From an uncultured Nitrospira sp. (GTDB taxonomy: Bacteria > Nitrospirota > Thermodesulfovibrionia > Thermodesulfovibrionales > UBA6898): a stretch of 64,000 nt of DNA. The stretch covers positions 3,058 to 67,057 of the forward strand of contig CAWEYN010000004.1 of the NCBI GenBank assembly GCA_963813295.1, given 5' to 3'. The notes under the pieces are model-generated. The model was not told where the DNA came from. It saw only the letters and a program-made list of their open reading frames with translations, and ran no database searches. Position 1 is the first letter of the stretch. Every line of letters begins with the position of its first letter. Below, piece by piece: positions 55,407 through 63,560 of this stretch. The translations under genes were made by a program, and so were the position numbers.

Positions 55407-56471
55407 ATGAAGACACTCATAAAATTGTTTGTTCTGCTGTTGCTGCTTTTGGTATCTGCAGAGGCAGGGGCTGCCGGCGAAAGTTATGAAAAGGCGCTCA
55501 AGCTGTTTAAGGGCAGGGATTATAAAAATGCTGTTGTTTCCCTCGAGCAATATGTTGCACAGAGGCCGGACCCGGCTGCGTATTATATGCTCGGATATGC
55601 CTGTTATAAGCTTCGCGAGTTTCATAAGGCCCGGGAATATTTTAATGCAGCCTTTCTGATTGACCCTGATTTTACCTATCATAAGATCTTTGAGCATTCC
55701 GCTCTCTGGGATGAAGAGTTTAAACTCATTCACGAAGTGCTCGAAATGTCAGGGGCAAAGGAGCAGATTAACTATTATGCAGATGTGGTCGGCAGCGGTC
55801 TGCCGCAGCTGCAGGGCAATCTGGACGAACAGAAGATTAAGGAAGAACTGCTCAGGCTTATCAGGGAATCTTACAGGTTTGATAAAATTTATCCGTCTGT
55901 TGTGCAGGTATTCCATACAAGGTTTCACAAAGAGCATCTTCTGTCAGTGCTTTCATGGCTGAAAGCGCCTGTCGGGCAGAAGATGACGAAGCTCGAGATA
56001 GAGGCAAACAGTCCGGAGGGGATTAAAAGGATCAGGGCCTTTGCCGGCGAGTATCAAAAGATCGGTGAGGACCGGAAAAAGCTCTTAATAAGGTTCGAGA
56101 AAGCCATCAGTGCAACAGATATGAATATAGAGGTTGTTTCCGTGTCCCTGCTTGAGATGCTGATGGCCATGCAGTCGCAGGTTGCCGGAAGAAACAGGAT
56201 GAGTTCAGGAGAGATTGACGCTATTGTTGGAAATATACGGAATATGCCGAGAGATCAGCTCAAGAGTAATGTCATGGTATCTTTGGCCTGCACGTACAGG
56301 GATCTCACAGATGAAGAACTGGAGTCTGCGATACATTTTTATGAAGCACCAGCGGGCAAATGGTATACTGACACCAGTATCAGGGCGCTTACCTCTGCGA
56401 TAGGCAAGGCGTCAAGGGAGATCGGGGAGAAGTTAGGAAAGTCCCTTATGGCAAAGGATATCCCTATATGA
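55407..56471 (+). CDS. Secreted protein with N-terminal TPR-like repeats and two DUF2059-like modules
   Basis: Signal peptide MKTLIKLFVLLLLLLVSAEAGAAG. TPR-like YEKALKLFKGRDYKNAVVSLEQYV...AAYYMLGYACYKL. DLTDEELESAIHFYEAPAGKWY and HLLSVLSWLKAPVGQKM resemble the DUF2059 signature (from memory). Confidence 0.6.
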   Translation: MKTLIKLFVLLLLLLVSAEAGAAGESYEKALKLFKGRDYKNAVVSLEQYVAQRPDPAAYYMLGYACYKLREFHKAREYFNAAFLIDPDFTYHKIFEHSALWDEEFKLIHEVLEMSGAKEQINYYADVVGSGLPQLQGNLDEQKIKEELLRLIRESYRFDKIYPSVVQVFHTRFHKEHLLSVLSWLKAPVGQKMTKLEIEANSPEGIKRIRAFAGEYQKIGEDRKKLLIRFEKAISATDMNIEVVSVSLLEMLMAMQSQVAGRNRMSSGEIDAIVGNIRNMPRDQLKSNVMVSLACTYRDLTDEELESAIHFYEAPAGKWYTDTSIRALTSAIGKASREIGEKLGKSLMAKDIPI

Positions 56472-56498
56472 AATGCCGCTTAATATTAATTGCTACCT

Positions 56499-56735
56499 AA
56501 CCCGCATTATTCATAAACCATGGCAAGAATAAAACGAAATATAGTACTCTTGCGTTCGCCTGGCGAATTCGCCGGGGAGGACATTCTCGCCCCCTTATCT
56601 AGTCAAGACCCCGAGGCCTTTGCCTCATGATCTCAGAGAAAATGCTGTCGGAATATCAGCTAAAAAAATCCGCTCCAATACTATACCCGCCTTATTCTGA
56701 TTCGATTTTTCTGAAATTTATGAATTATGCGGGCT
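56499..56735. repeat. 19-bp inverted repeats (17/19) bracketing a ~200-bp non-coding segment (MITE-like or long-range stem)
   Basis: aacccgcattattcataaa (56499-56517) versus tttatgaattatgcgggct (56717-56735), whose reverse complement is agcccgcataattcataaa. A third degenerate direct copy acccgccttattctgat lies at about 56688. It sits in the gap between convergent genes 55407..56471 and 56770..57549. Confidence 0.5.
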
Positions 56736-56769
56736 AATGCTACCCCGCTGTCTCTGCGGCGGGGGGTCT

Positions 56770-57549
56770 TCATTTCTTACTGAAAAAAGATTCCCTGTTT
56801 TGAAGCGCTAGCCCGTATTCTGTAGCTCTGTCATAGGCGTCGATTCTCTTTTTGAGGTCTTTCACCCATGCGCTGCCTATAGACCCCGTCTCTTTCTTTA
56901 TGAATGTTTCTACTGCCTTTTGTATGTCGATGTCGATGGAAGCGTCGAAGTTCATGTAATCCAGCTCTCTGAATTTCTTGAGCAGCTCCGCCTTCGCATC
57001 ATTGTCGCGGATTATACTTGCATGGTCGTGTTCGTATTGAACCAGGTTGCGATAATAGTTTTTCCATAAAGTTTTTTCAGAAGGATTCAGTACTGTATCA
57101 TCTATCAGGGTAGGCAATGTTATCTTGATATTGTATTTTATGCGGACATTGTCCAACTCTATGTCTGTATCAATGGAATTGTCCTCTTCGTCCAGCTCAG
57201 TGGAATAGTCGATTTTGTAACTCCAGCCTACTGACCATTCAAATCTTGAAGGCAGACGTTTTTTGCTCTTTATATCAACCGGACTGTTTTCCTCTGCCGA
57301 CCGGACGATCTCGGAGAAGGTCTTGCCGAATACAGGATAGAATTCATACCTTATGTCATTCTGAAGCTCTATCCCTTCAGGGACGGAGTGTCTCTGAATT
57401 CTGCCGGACAGGCTGTCTTCACTGCTTTTTTTGTCTGATGAAATGGAATTCCCGTTGCTGTCAAAATTCTGGGATATCTCCGGATACGAGATGCTGTAAT
57501 ACAGAAAGACAAATACCATGGAAAGCGGAATGGTATATCGTAATTTCAT
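56770..57549 (-). CDS. DUF922-like putative secreted metal-dependent hydrolase (start probably ATG 57549)
   Basis: Signal anchor MKLRYTIPLSMVFVFLYYSI. YEFYPVFGKTFSEIV, FEWSVGWSY, LPTLIDD and LVQYEHDHASI (HExxH-like) follow the DUF922 pattern as recalled. Confidence 0.55.
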   Translation of the reverse strand: MKLRYTIPLSMVFVFLYYSISYPEISQNFDSNGNSISSDKKSSEDSLSGRIQRHSVPEGIELQNDIRYEFYPVFGKTFSEIVRSAEENSPVDIKSKKRLPSRFEWSVGWSYKIDYSTELDEEDNSIDTDIELDNVRIKYNIKITLPTLIDDTVLNPSEKTLWKNYYRNLVQYEHDHASIIRDNDAKAELLKKFRELDYMNFDASIDIDIQKAVETFIKKETGSIGSAWVKDLKKRIDAYDRATEYGLALQNRESFFSKK

Positions 57550-57643
57550 GTTTTTTAATATACTATGACTTAAAATTTTAAGCAAATCAGCTAAATTGAT
57601 CTGCAATCTGTTAAAATACCATTGAAATTTTTTCAGACGCGTT

Positions 57644-58399
57644 ATGGAACAACTTTATAATATAAAAATTCCAGAATTCGAAGGTCCCCTTGACCTCCTT
57701 TTACATCTCATCAGGGAGAACAAGGTAGATATCTACGATATCCCGATATCCCTGATTACAGGTCAGTATCTTCAGTATATAGAGTTTATGAAGGAGCTTG
57801 ACCTTGAGATAGCAGGGGAATTTCTTGTCATGGCTGCCACCCTGATTCAGATAAAATCAAGGATGATGCTGCCCCCTGATGAAGAGGCTCCTCCTGAAGA
57901 GCTGGAAGACCCTAGGTTTGAGCTGGTACAGCGCCTGCTTGAATACCAGGCTTATAAAGACGCTGCAGCAATATTAAAGGAAAGGGAAGAAGAGTCGTTG
58001 AAGATTTTCGGGAGGCAACCCGGGGAACTGGAAGAAGAGAGAGTCCCGGAGCCTGAACTCTATCTTTTCGATGTCAATCTCTTTGACCTTCTTGCTGCCT
58101 TTCGGAAGCTCCTTGAGAACGCCCCTCCTGAAATGCGCACTATTACAAGGGAGACGCTTACTGTAAAAGACAAGATGATGCATATTGCTGAAATCATAGA
58201 GAACCTGGACAGTATACGTTTTGAAGAGCTCTTTAAAGACAGTTTCACTAGAGTCCAGCTCATTGTCACTTTTCTGGCGCTTCTGGAACTCCTCAGACTT
58301 GGACTGGCAAGGGTCTATCAGGAGCGGGAATTCGGAAACATCTGGGTAATAAACCCTCAAAAACAGGATTCCGCCGCTGCTGAACAGCCTGCTCTGTAA
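57644..58399 (+). CDS. scpA: Segregation and condensation protein A (kleisin)
   Basis: IKIPEFEGPLDLLLHLIRENKVDIYDIPISLITGQYLQYI and the C-terminal winged-helix segment IVTFLALLELLRLG are characteristic of ScpA. Confidence 0.85.
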   Translation: MEQLYNIKIPEFEGPLDLLLHLIRENKVDIYDIPISLITGQYLQYIEFMKELDLEIAGEFLVMAATLIQIKSRMMLPPDEEAPPEELEDPRFELVQRLLEYQAYKDAAAILKEREEESLKIFGRQPGELEEERVPEPELYLFDVNLFDLLAAFRKLLENAPPEMRTITRETLTVKDKMMHIAEIIENLDSIRFEELFKDSFTRVQLIVTFLALLELLRLGLARVYQEREFGNIWVINPQKQDSAAAEQPAL

Positions 58400-58413
58400 G
58401 CTCTGTAACGAAG

Positions 58414-59040
58414 ATGAAATTCAGGATTGATCTGCACGTGCATTCGAAATACAGCGGGGACACTGATTCCGAGCCTGAGGAAACAGTTGAATATGCTATC
58501 AACCTTGACCTCCAGGGGATCGTATTTACAGAGCATTATTCATATGCTGCTTCGGAACATGCCGAAGGCTTGAAGGAAAAGTACAATGACAGAATTCTGA
58601 TTTTAAGAGGCGTTGAATTCTCCACTGAAGAGGGCCATTGTCTTATATTTGGAGTGGACACGGACAGTCTGGCACTCAGGTATGCACCTGTCGACGATGT
58701 GGTAAGGATCGTGACCCGGCAAGGAGGAGTGATAATCCCATCGCATCCATACAGGAGAGGGAACAGCCTGGGCGACAGAATCCATGATCTCAATGGCATA
58801 ACAGCTCTTGAGGGTTATAATGGAAACAATATGCACGCATTTAACGTCAGGGCGATTGAAGCTGCCAGGGTTTTGAACCTGCCCTTCACCGGAGGCTCTG
58901 ATTCCCATGAGGCCGGTGAAGCAGGCTCCTGCTATACTGAATTTAACGATAAAGTGACCTCTGATAATTTTATAGAATTGCTAAAGAAGGGTAATTATAA
59001 GGGGGTGGATACCAGAAAGGTCAGCAGATGGGTATTTTGA
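58414..59040 (+). CDS. PHP-domain metal-dependent phosphoesterase
   Basis: IDLHVHSKYSGD, GIVFTEH, IIPSHPYR and FTGGSDSH are the PHP His/Asp metal-ligand motifs. Confidence 0.8.
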   Translation: MKFRIDLHVHSKYSGDTDSEPEETVEYAINLDLQGIVFTEHYSYAASEHAEGLKEKYNDRILILRGVEFSTEEGHCLIFGVDTDSLALRYAPVDDVVRIVTRQGGVIIPSHPYRRGNSLGDRIHDLNGITALEGYNGNNMHAFNVRAIEAARVLNLPFTGGSDSHEAGEAGSCYTEFNDKVTSDNFIELLKKGNYKGVDTRKVSRWVF

Positions 59041-59144
59041 ATAATGTAACTGACCAGTATGCAGGCCGAAGACTGAAGTATGTCAATTGCTGGCCGGCAT
59101 CTCATCAGCCATCTTGAATGCCGGGTTGTGCTGGGTAACCGGGA

Positions 59145-59164
59145 AAAAACAGAGCTCTGTTTTT
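59145..59164. terminator. Palindromic AT-flanked hairpin (AAAAACAGAG-CTCTGTTTTT) after the scpA-PHP unit
   Basis: Perfect 20-nt palindrome 105 nt after the PHP stop. The stem is short and GC-poor, so terminator strength is uncertain. Confidence 0.4.
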
Positions 59165-59270
59165 AAATGTAGTTCTTTAGGTTTACCAGCAAACTTGCTG
59201 ATTTTAAGTAGTTTTTGTTGAACTTTTCTTTAAACATACTTATGATAAACTGCGTAAGGAGCGTGGACTC

Positions 59271-59830
59271 ATGAAATCTGAAATAAAGATAACTTCCAGC
59301 AGAGAAACTGAGTTTTACAACAAGTTTCAGCTTGGCAATGAAACATACGAGGTTATTACCGAAGACCTTGGCGTCAAGAAAGCCCAAATCGTTACCAGGA
59401 TATACCTCAAGGGAGAGATTCTTTCCACAGCAACTACAGCTTATGCTGATCAGTCCGGGCTCTCTGACAACTCCCTCAGGACTATGATGGAGGAACAGCA
59501 TAAGTCTGCTGTTGAAACGTTTATCAGGGAACAATCCAAACCGCCGGCCAAACCGTAAAAAGCGAAGGCCGAATATGCGGAGGCAATAAGACTGGATTTG
59601 AAGGACGACAACAAAAAGGCAGCTCCGGGCTCTGCGCGAGAGACGCTTGAAAACTTTCCCTCCGATCCTTTCTTCCTCTCCTACTGTGGCTATTTGACGG
59701 CCGCGCGCTGCTTTCCGAGATAAAGGGGATTGGGGCCAGGAAGGCGCCTGTCATCCCTTTTCTGAAACGGAGTAATCCAATAAATAAGTCCCTGGGAAAG
59801 CTTAAGCACGACTTGAAAAAGAGAGGGTGA
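59271..59830 (+). pseudogene. Hypothetical protein interrupted by an in-frame TAA (59556) and one frameshift (about 59700)
   Basis: ORF 59271..59558 ends KPPAKP*. The same frame continues KAKAEYAEAIRLDLKDDNKKAAPGSARETLENFPSDPFFLSYCGYLTAA. Another frame then reads LLSEIKGIGARKAPVIPFLKRSNPINKSLGKLKHDLKKRG*. Promoter-like TTGAAC-17 nt-TATGAT lies upstream. Confidence 0.45.
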
Positions 59831-59864
59831 TATTTTCCGGCTTACCCGTATCTGCTCGGGCTGT

Positions 59865-60430
59865 TTAGACTGAAGGCATTCCCAGAAGATTAAAGTCTGT
59901 GCGGAAATTAAGGATAAGCTCAGGCTCATAATTGGTCTCACGAAACGGCGAAGAGTCTTCAACGTTATAAAACTGCCAGAAGGACCTTTGCGTGTATCCA
60001 AACCAGAGGTCCGCATCCTTGCCGAGGATATCCTGCCAGAGTTTTACCTTCATGCTTATCTGGAACGCGACCTCAGTATCCAGCACATCCTCGTCACGCC
60101 CGGTATGCTGGAAAGGTTCCTCGTTTGGATGGCTGTTGTATGTCACAGGCAGAAGGTATGTAGATCTGTGAGGCAGGATGTAATATATGTTTCGGGGCTT
60201 ATCCGTATCTAGTTCCCACAATTTTGACAGATAGGAAGATCGGTCTTCCGGTTTTTTGATATCCTCTTCATTATTAGGCGGAGATTGTTCCGGTTTACGG
60301 CCTGCAATGTCATCGTAACATTTCAACCTTTCCTTATCATTTTCAATCCTTGAACACTCAGAAATGCTCTGCTGGCCAAATGAAGATCGGATCTGCCCTG
60401 CGTCGAGGAGACCCGACTCAGGCTGGAGGC
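59865..60430 (-). pseudogene. pldA: Outer-membrane phospholipase A fragment (N-terminal third only; no signal peptide, no C-terminal barrel/catalytic half)
   Basis: The open frame without a start reads SECSRIENDKERLKCYDDIAG...YILPHRSTYLLPVTYNSHPN...FQISMKVKLW...LWFGYTQRSFWQFYN...SSPFRETNYEPELILNF. These are typical OMPLA N-terminal strands. It stops at 59865 and no continuation was found in any frame. Confidence 0.6.
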
Positions 60431-60469
60431 CTGCAAATTAACTATCCTGCATCCTGCTAAAAATGTGTT

Positions 60470-61492
60470 TCAGCAGCAGTGCTCATCAACAAATCTTTTT
60501 AAGTTCCCGATGGTATTATTTTTTATATTGTTCCTCACAAAATAGCTGAAGATCTCGCAGTTTGAGCACTGCATGCCAATCATCCAGATGAAACTTGCAG
60601 CGCCGAAGTAAGGCATCAACGCGAGCTCCAGTTCACTCAGTTTTCGTATTTCCTGATACCCTCTCAGAAAGGAACCCATTATCTTTTTTGCATTTTTATA
60701 AGTGCGGACAATCCAGTAATAAAACGTGGCGATATCATACGCAAAGTAACCCACGCAGCAGGAGTCGAAATCATATATCGTAATTTCATTGCCTTCCGAA
60801 ATATGATAATTCGCAGGATGAAAGTCACCATGGCAGATCCCGTAGTCCAGCTCATTTAATGCAACTGACGCAAACTTCTCCTTTAACCTCATGATAACTT
60901 CGCTCAAATTCGTCAAATCATTGTTTTTGTCGTCAATAAATGGTTCGATCATAAAGGAAGAACTATCCAACAAGGCGATGAGGTCAAGCAGGGACCGTTG
61001 ATTTTTCAGTTGTCTGTTTTTCGTCAGCATATGGATTTTTGCGAACTCTTTCCCTGTAATACGGCTTTGTTCCATAGTCATGTCAGCCATAAGAGAGCTG
61101 CCCTCCGCATAGGAAAACAACGCCGCATACCGCTCCCCCTCGGGAGCGCATATCGTCTGAATCGCATTGCCTTGTTTGTCCGCAATGGGAAATGATACGG
61201 AGGCCCCATTTGATTTGAGGTATTGGAGCAGATCGATTTCACTTTCGACATCGACGAGACTTCTCCATGAATGCCGGTAGACCTTAAAAAGATACTGCGA
61301 GGACAAATCCTTTACCAGATAACTGTCATTCATGCCCCTGTATAAAAATTCGCAGAGGGGCAACCCATTGAAATGATACCTTGTTAATATCTTCTCCTGC
61401 AGGGCGCAGGACAAAAGTGTTGAATAGTGTACTGGAAATGGCTCAAGACATTTCGCCGGGTCTAATTTACATGTATCATAAGGTTCATTCAT
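60470..61492 (-). CDS. APH/choline-kinase-family phosphotransferase (homoserine kinase type II-like)
   Basis: Catalytic loop ICHGDFHPANYH and metal-binding IYDFDSC. Also has the N-terminal nucleotide-binding lobe (YLFKVYR). Confidence 0.8.
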   Translation of the reverse strand: MNEPYDTCKLDPAKCLEPFPVHYSTLLSCALQEKILTRYHFNGLPLCEFLYRGMNDSYLVKDLSSQYLFKVYRHSWRSLVDVESEIDLLQYLKSNGASVSFPIADKQGNAIQTICAPEGERYAALFSYAEGSSLMADMTMEQSRITGKEFAKIHMLTKNRQLKNQRSLLDLIALLDSSSFMIEPFIDDKNNDLTNLSEVIMRLKEKFASVALNELDYGICHGDFHPANYHISEGNEITIYDFDSCCVGYFAYDIATFYYWIVRTYKNAKKIMGSFLRGYQEIRKLSELELALMPYFGAASFIWMIGMQCSNCEIFSYFVRNNIKNNTIGNLKRFVDEHCC

Positions 61493-61600
61493 TTTAACTC
61501 ACAAAGAAAAAAGTCCCTATCGACCTTATTTAATCTACACTGTTTTAAATAGAACTTTCAAACATGCTGTCCCTGGGGTGACGATTAACGGTTCACGTTT

Positions 61601-61696
61601 TTACTCTTTAGCCAGACGATAGACAGATATCCCCATCGGCTCCAGAAACTTCTCTTTAAGCACCGCGCCAGGATATATATTCTTTAATGTTCTCAT
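61601..61696 (-). pseudogene. higA: HigA-type antitoxin HTH remnant (31 codons)
   Basis: MRTLKNIYPGAVLKEKFLEPMGISVYRLAKE* matches the conserved start of HigA antidotes (IHPGEILxEEFLxPLGxSxxxLA). It is truncated before helix 3. No toxin gene is adjacent. Confidence 0.45.
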
Positions 61697-61728
61697 AGTA
61701 TCAACTCTGATATTTTCCTGATGCGGTT

Positions 61729-62634
61729 CTAGTGCCCGGATGTTTTAACGGAACTTATTTTAAGCCTTTTGTCTTCCAGTATGAAATTGACATAAAGCCG
61801 CTGCGAGATGATTTTAAAGTCATCTGATTTTACACGGGCCATCTCCATGTCCCAGGTTACGCTTGCGCTTGCAGAATCCGGCCCTATCTTCAGGTCGGCA
61901 ATTATATATTCCAGTGACCTGAAGTTATATTTCTGCCATTGTTCTGTTAAAGCTGTTTTTTTCTTTGCAAGTTCAGGGTAGTTTTTTGAGTATCTCGATT
62001 CCCATAGGCCAAGGTCTTTTGAGAGGTTTGCTTTTTTTATGTCTTCGAGTACCCGCAGGATATTTTTTTCGCTGATCTCCTCTGTTTTCTGCGGGGCGTT
62101 TTGGCCGGCAGGGATACGGGAAGGGCTTATACGGTCTTTATAGGTGTAATTGAATACAGACCATGATATGGCCAGCGAAAGCAGAACGGTCAGACCGATC
62201 AGTATGTATATTTTCCTGAGCTGTTTTGTTTTAAGATAGGACTGTGATTTCTTTTTCTGTAGGACTTCCAGCAGGTCTTTTTTTGTTTCTAATTCAGATG
62301 ACAGCATCCTGTAATAACGGCCGCTGCCTTTGAGAAACCAGAGAATCCCCGGGTCTTTCAGCTCTTTGACCTTTGATTCAAGACCCTCTATATCAGTTTC
62401 TATCTTCTTCCTGAGGTTGTCGATTACAGTTTCAAGTTTAGCGGTTTTAACTATTATCTCTTCGACCTCTGATTCAGCCTTCCTGTGTTTTGCCAGAAAG
62501 TCCGGAAGTTTCAGGTCTGCTTCCCTGGCCTCAAGCTCTGCCAGGGATTTTTCCCTGGCAGAGAGTTTCTTTTTCAATTGTTCCATTTCTGTCAGGATGG
62601 TAAAAATAAACTTATTTTCTATGTCCGCCTTCAT
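61729..62634 (-). CDS. Coiled-coil, single-TM protein with a C-terminal NTF2/SnoaL-like domain
   Basis: N-terminal ~130 aa are heptad-rich. TM helix IYILIGLTVLLSLAISWSVF. The C-terminal ~120 aa (ILRVLEDIKKANLSKDLGLWESRY...SASVTWDMEMA...RLYVNFILEDKRLKI) fits a cone-shaped alpha+beta fold pattern. Confidence 0.55.
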   Translation of the reverse strand: MKADIENKFIFTILTEMEQLKKKLSAREKSLAELEAREADLKLPDFLAKHRKAESEVEEIIVKTAKLETVIDNLRKKIETDIEGLESKVKELKDPGILWFLKGSGRYYRMLSSELETKKDLLEVLQKKKSQSYLKTKQLRKIYILIGLTVLLSLAISWSVFNYTYKDRISPSRIPAGQNAPQKTEEISEKNILRVLEDIKKANLSKDLGLWESRYSKNYPELAKKKTALTEQWQKYNFRSLEYIIADLKIGPDSASASVTWDMEMARVKSDDFKIISQRLYVNFILEDKRLKISSVKTSGH

Positions 62635-62846
62635 AGTATCGAGTTCCGCTTCCTCGATACTTTCGGCGCTGTCTGTTCACTTGGTTTGTCTTGAGGCGGA
62701 GTATCTTTTACTGGTCCGACAGGGCCGCTGCTTTCAATCTCATAAGGTTCCAGCATGACAGAACACGCTTCGCAATAAGATGCATCAGGAGGAAAGTCCT
62801 TTCCGCACTTCGGGCACCGCATTATGATATTGAAAGAGTCTTCCAT
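62631..62846 (-). CDS. Zinc-ribbon protein (71 aa), ATGA-coupled to, or frameshift-separated from, the coiled-coil gene
   Basis: CPKCGKDFPPDASYCEACS has two CxxC knuckles, followed by a Pro-rich linker. The downstream gene's frame is already open 14 codons upstream of its ATG (TDSAESIEEAELDT), so a single fused protein is possible. Confidence 0.55.
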   Translation of the reverse strand: MEDSFNIIMRCPKCGKDFPPDASYCEACSVMLEPYEIESSGPVGPVKDTPPQDKPSEQTAPKVSRKRNSIL

Positions 62847-62849
62847 GTG

Positions 62850-63560
62850 CTACATCGGGCTTATTTCATCAGCAGGAGGGGCGGGTTTTATGTCCTTTTT
62901 GTATTTTTTTTGTGTTTTGGGCGAGGTATCAGTTTTTGGCTGTTCTTCGGTTTTTGGCTGATGCTTTGCAGGCGCAATAACAGGTTTATCCTTAGTGCCG
63001 ATGTGCTCAATAAGAGTAGAGAGCATTTTGGAAAGAAGGGCCTTTTGCTGGTCCTCAACAGCAGTACCATCTTTCATGCTGAAGTCAGCGGCCTGCCACC
63101 AGAGTATTCGCGAGTCTTTTGAAGAAAGAAGTTGAAGCACCAGTTCAGACCTGTTGTCTTTGGTAAGGACCATACCGTTTATGACAGCGTCAGTGCGGAG
63201 TGATTTCCCGATCTGGCCCAGATAATCAGCCCTCTCCTGAGGAGACAGAAGCGATAATTTTTTCTTTCCTGCGCCTATGGACTGCTCTGTTTTTTCAGAC
63301 GGAACAATATTTATCTTTGCAAACAAAAGGCTTTCATATGTTAACTGTCTCCAGTTGTTGTTGTCATTATAAAATGCAGGTATTGAGACAGAATGAGTTT
63401 CTTCAACAGCCTCCTTGTCGAACAACGGCAGGCTGTTTTTCATCTCGCCTGCGCTGAATTTTGAAACGACTCCGGTTGAAGCACAGGCGCTCATTGACAA
63501 GAGCAGACACGCAAGAGCTAAAGAAAGCAGGGATTTATATTTACGATATTTTCTTGTCAT
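62850..63560 (-). CDS. Hypothetical lipoprotein (236 aa), first gene of the three-gene string
   Basis: Lipobox LLSMSACAS, a globular domain, and a Lys/Pro-rich C-terminal tail (KHQPKTEEQPKTDTSPKTQKKYKKDIKPAPP). Its stop lies 3 nt before the zinc-ribbon start. Confidence 0.6.
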   Translation of the reverse strand: MTRKYRKYKSLLSLALACLLLSMSACASTGVVSKFSAGEMKNSLPLFDKEAVEETHSVSIPAFYNDNNNWRQLTYESLLFAKINIVPSEKTEQSIGAGKKKLSLLSPQERADYLGQIGKSLRTDAVINGMVLTKDNRSELVLQLLSSKDSRILWWQAADFSMKDGTAVEDQQKALLSKMLSTLIEHIGTKDKPVIAPAKHQPKTEEQPKTDTSPKTQKKYKKDIKPAPPADEISPM

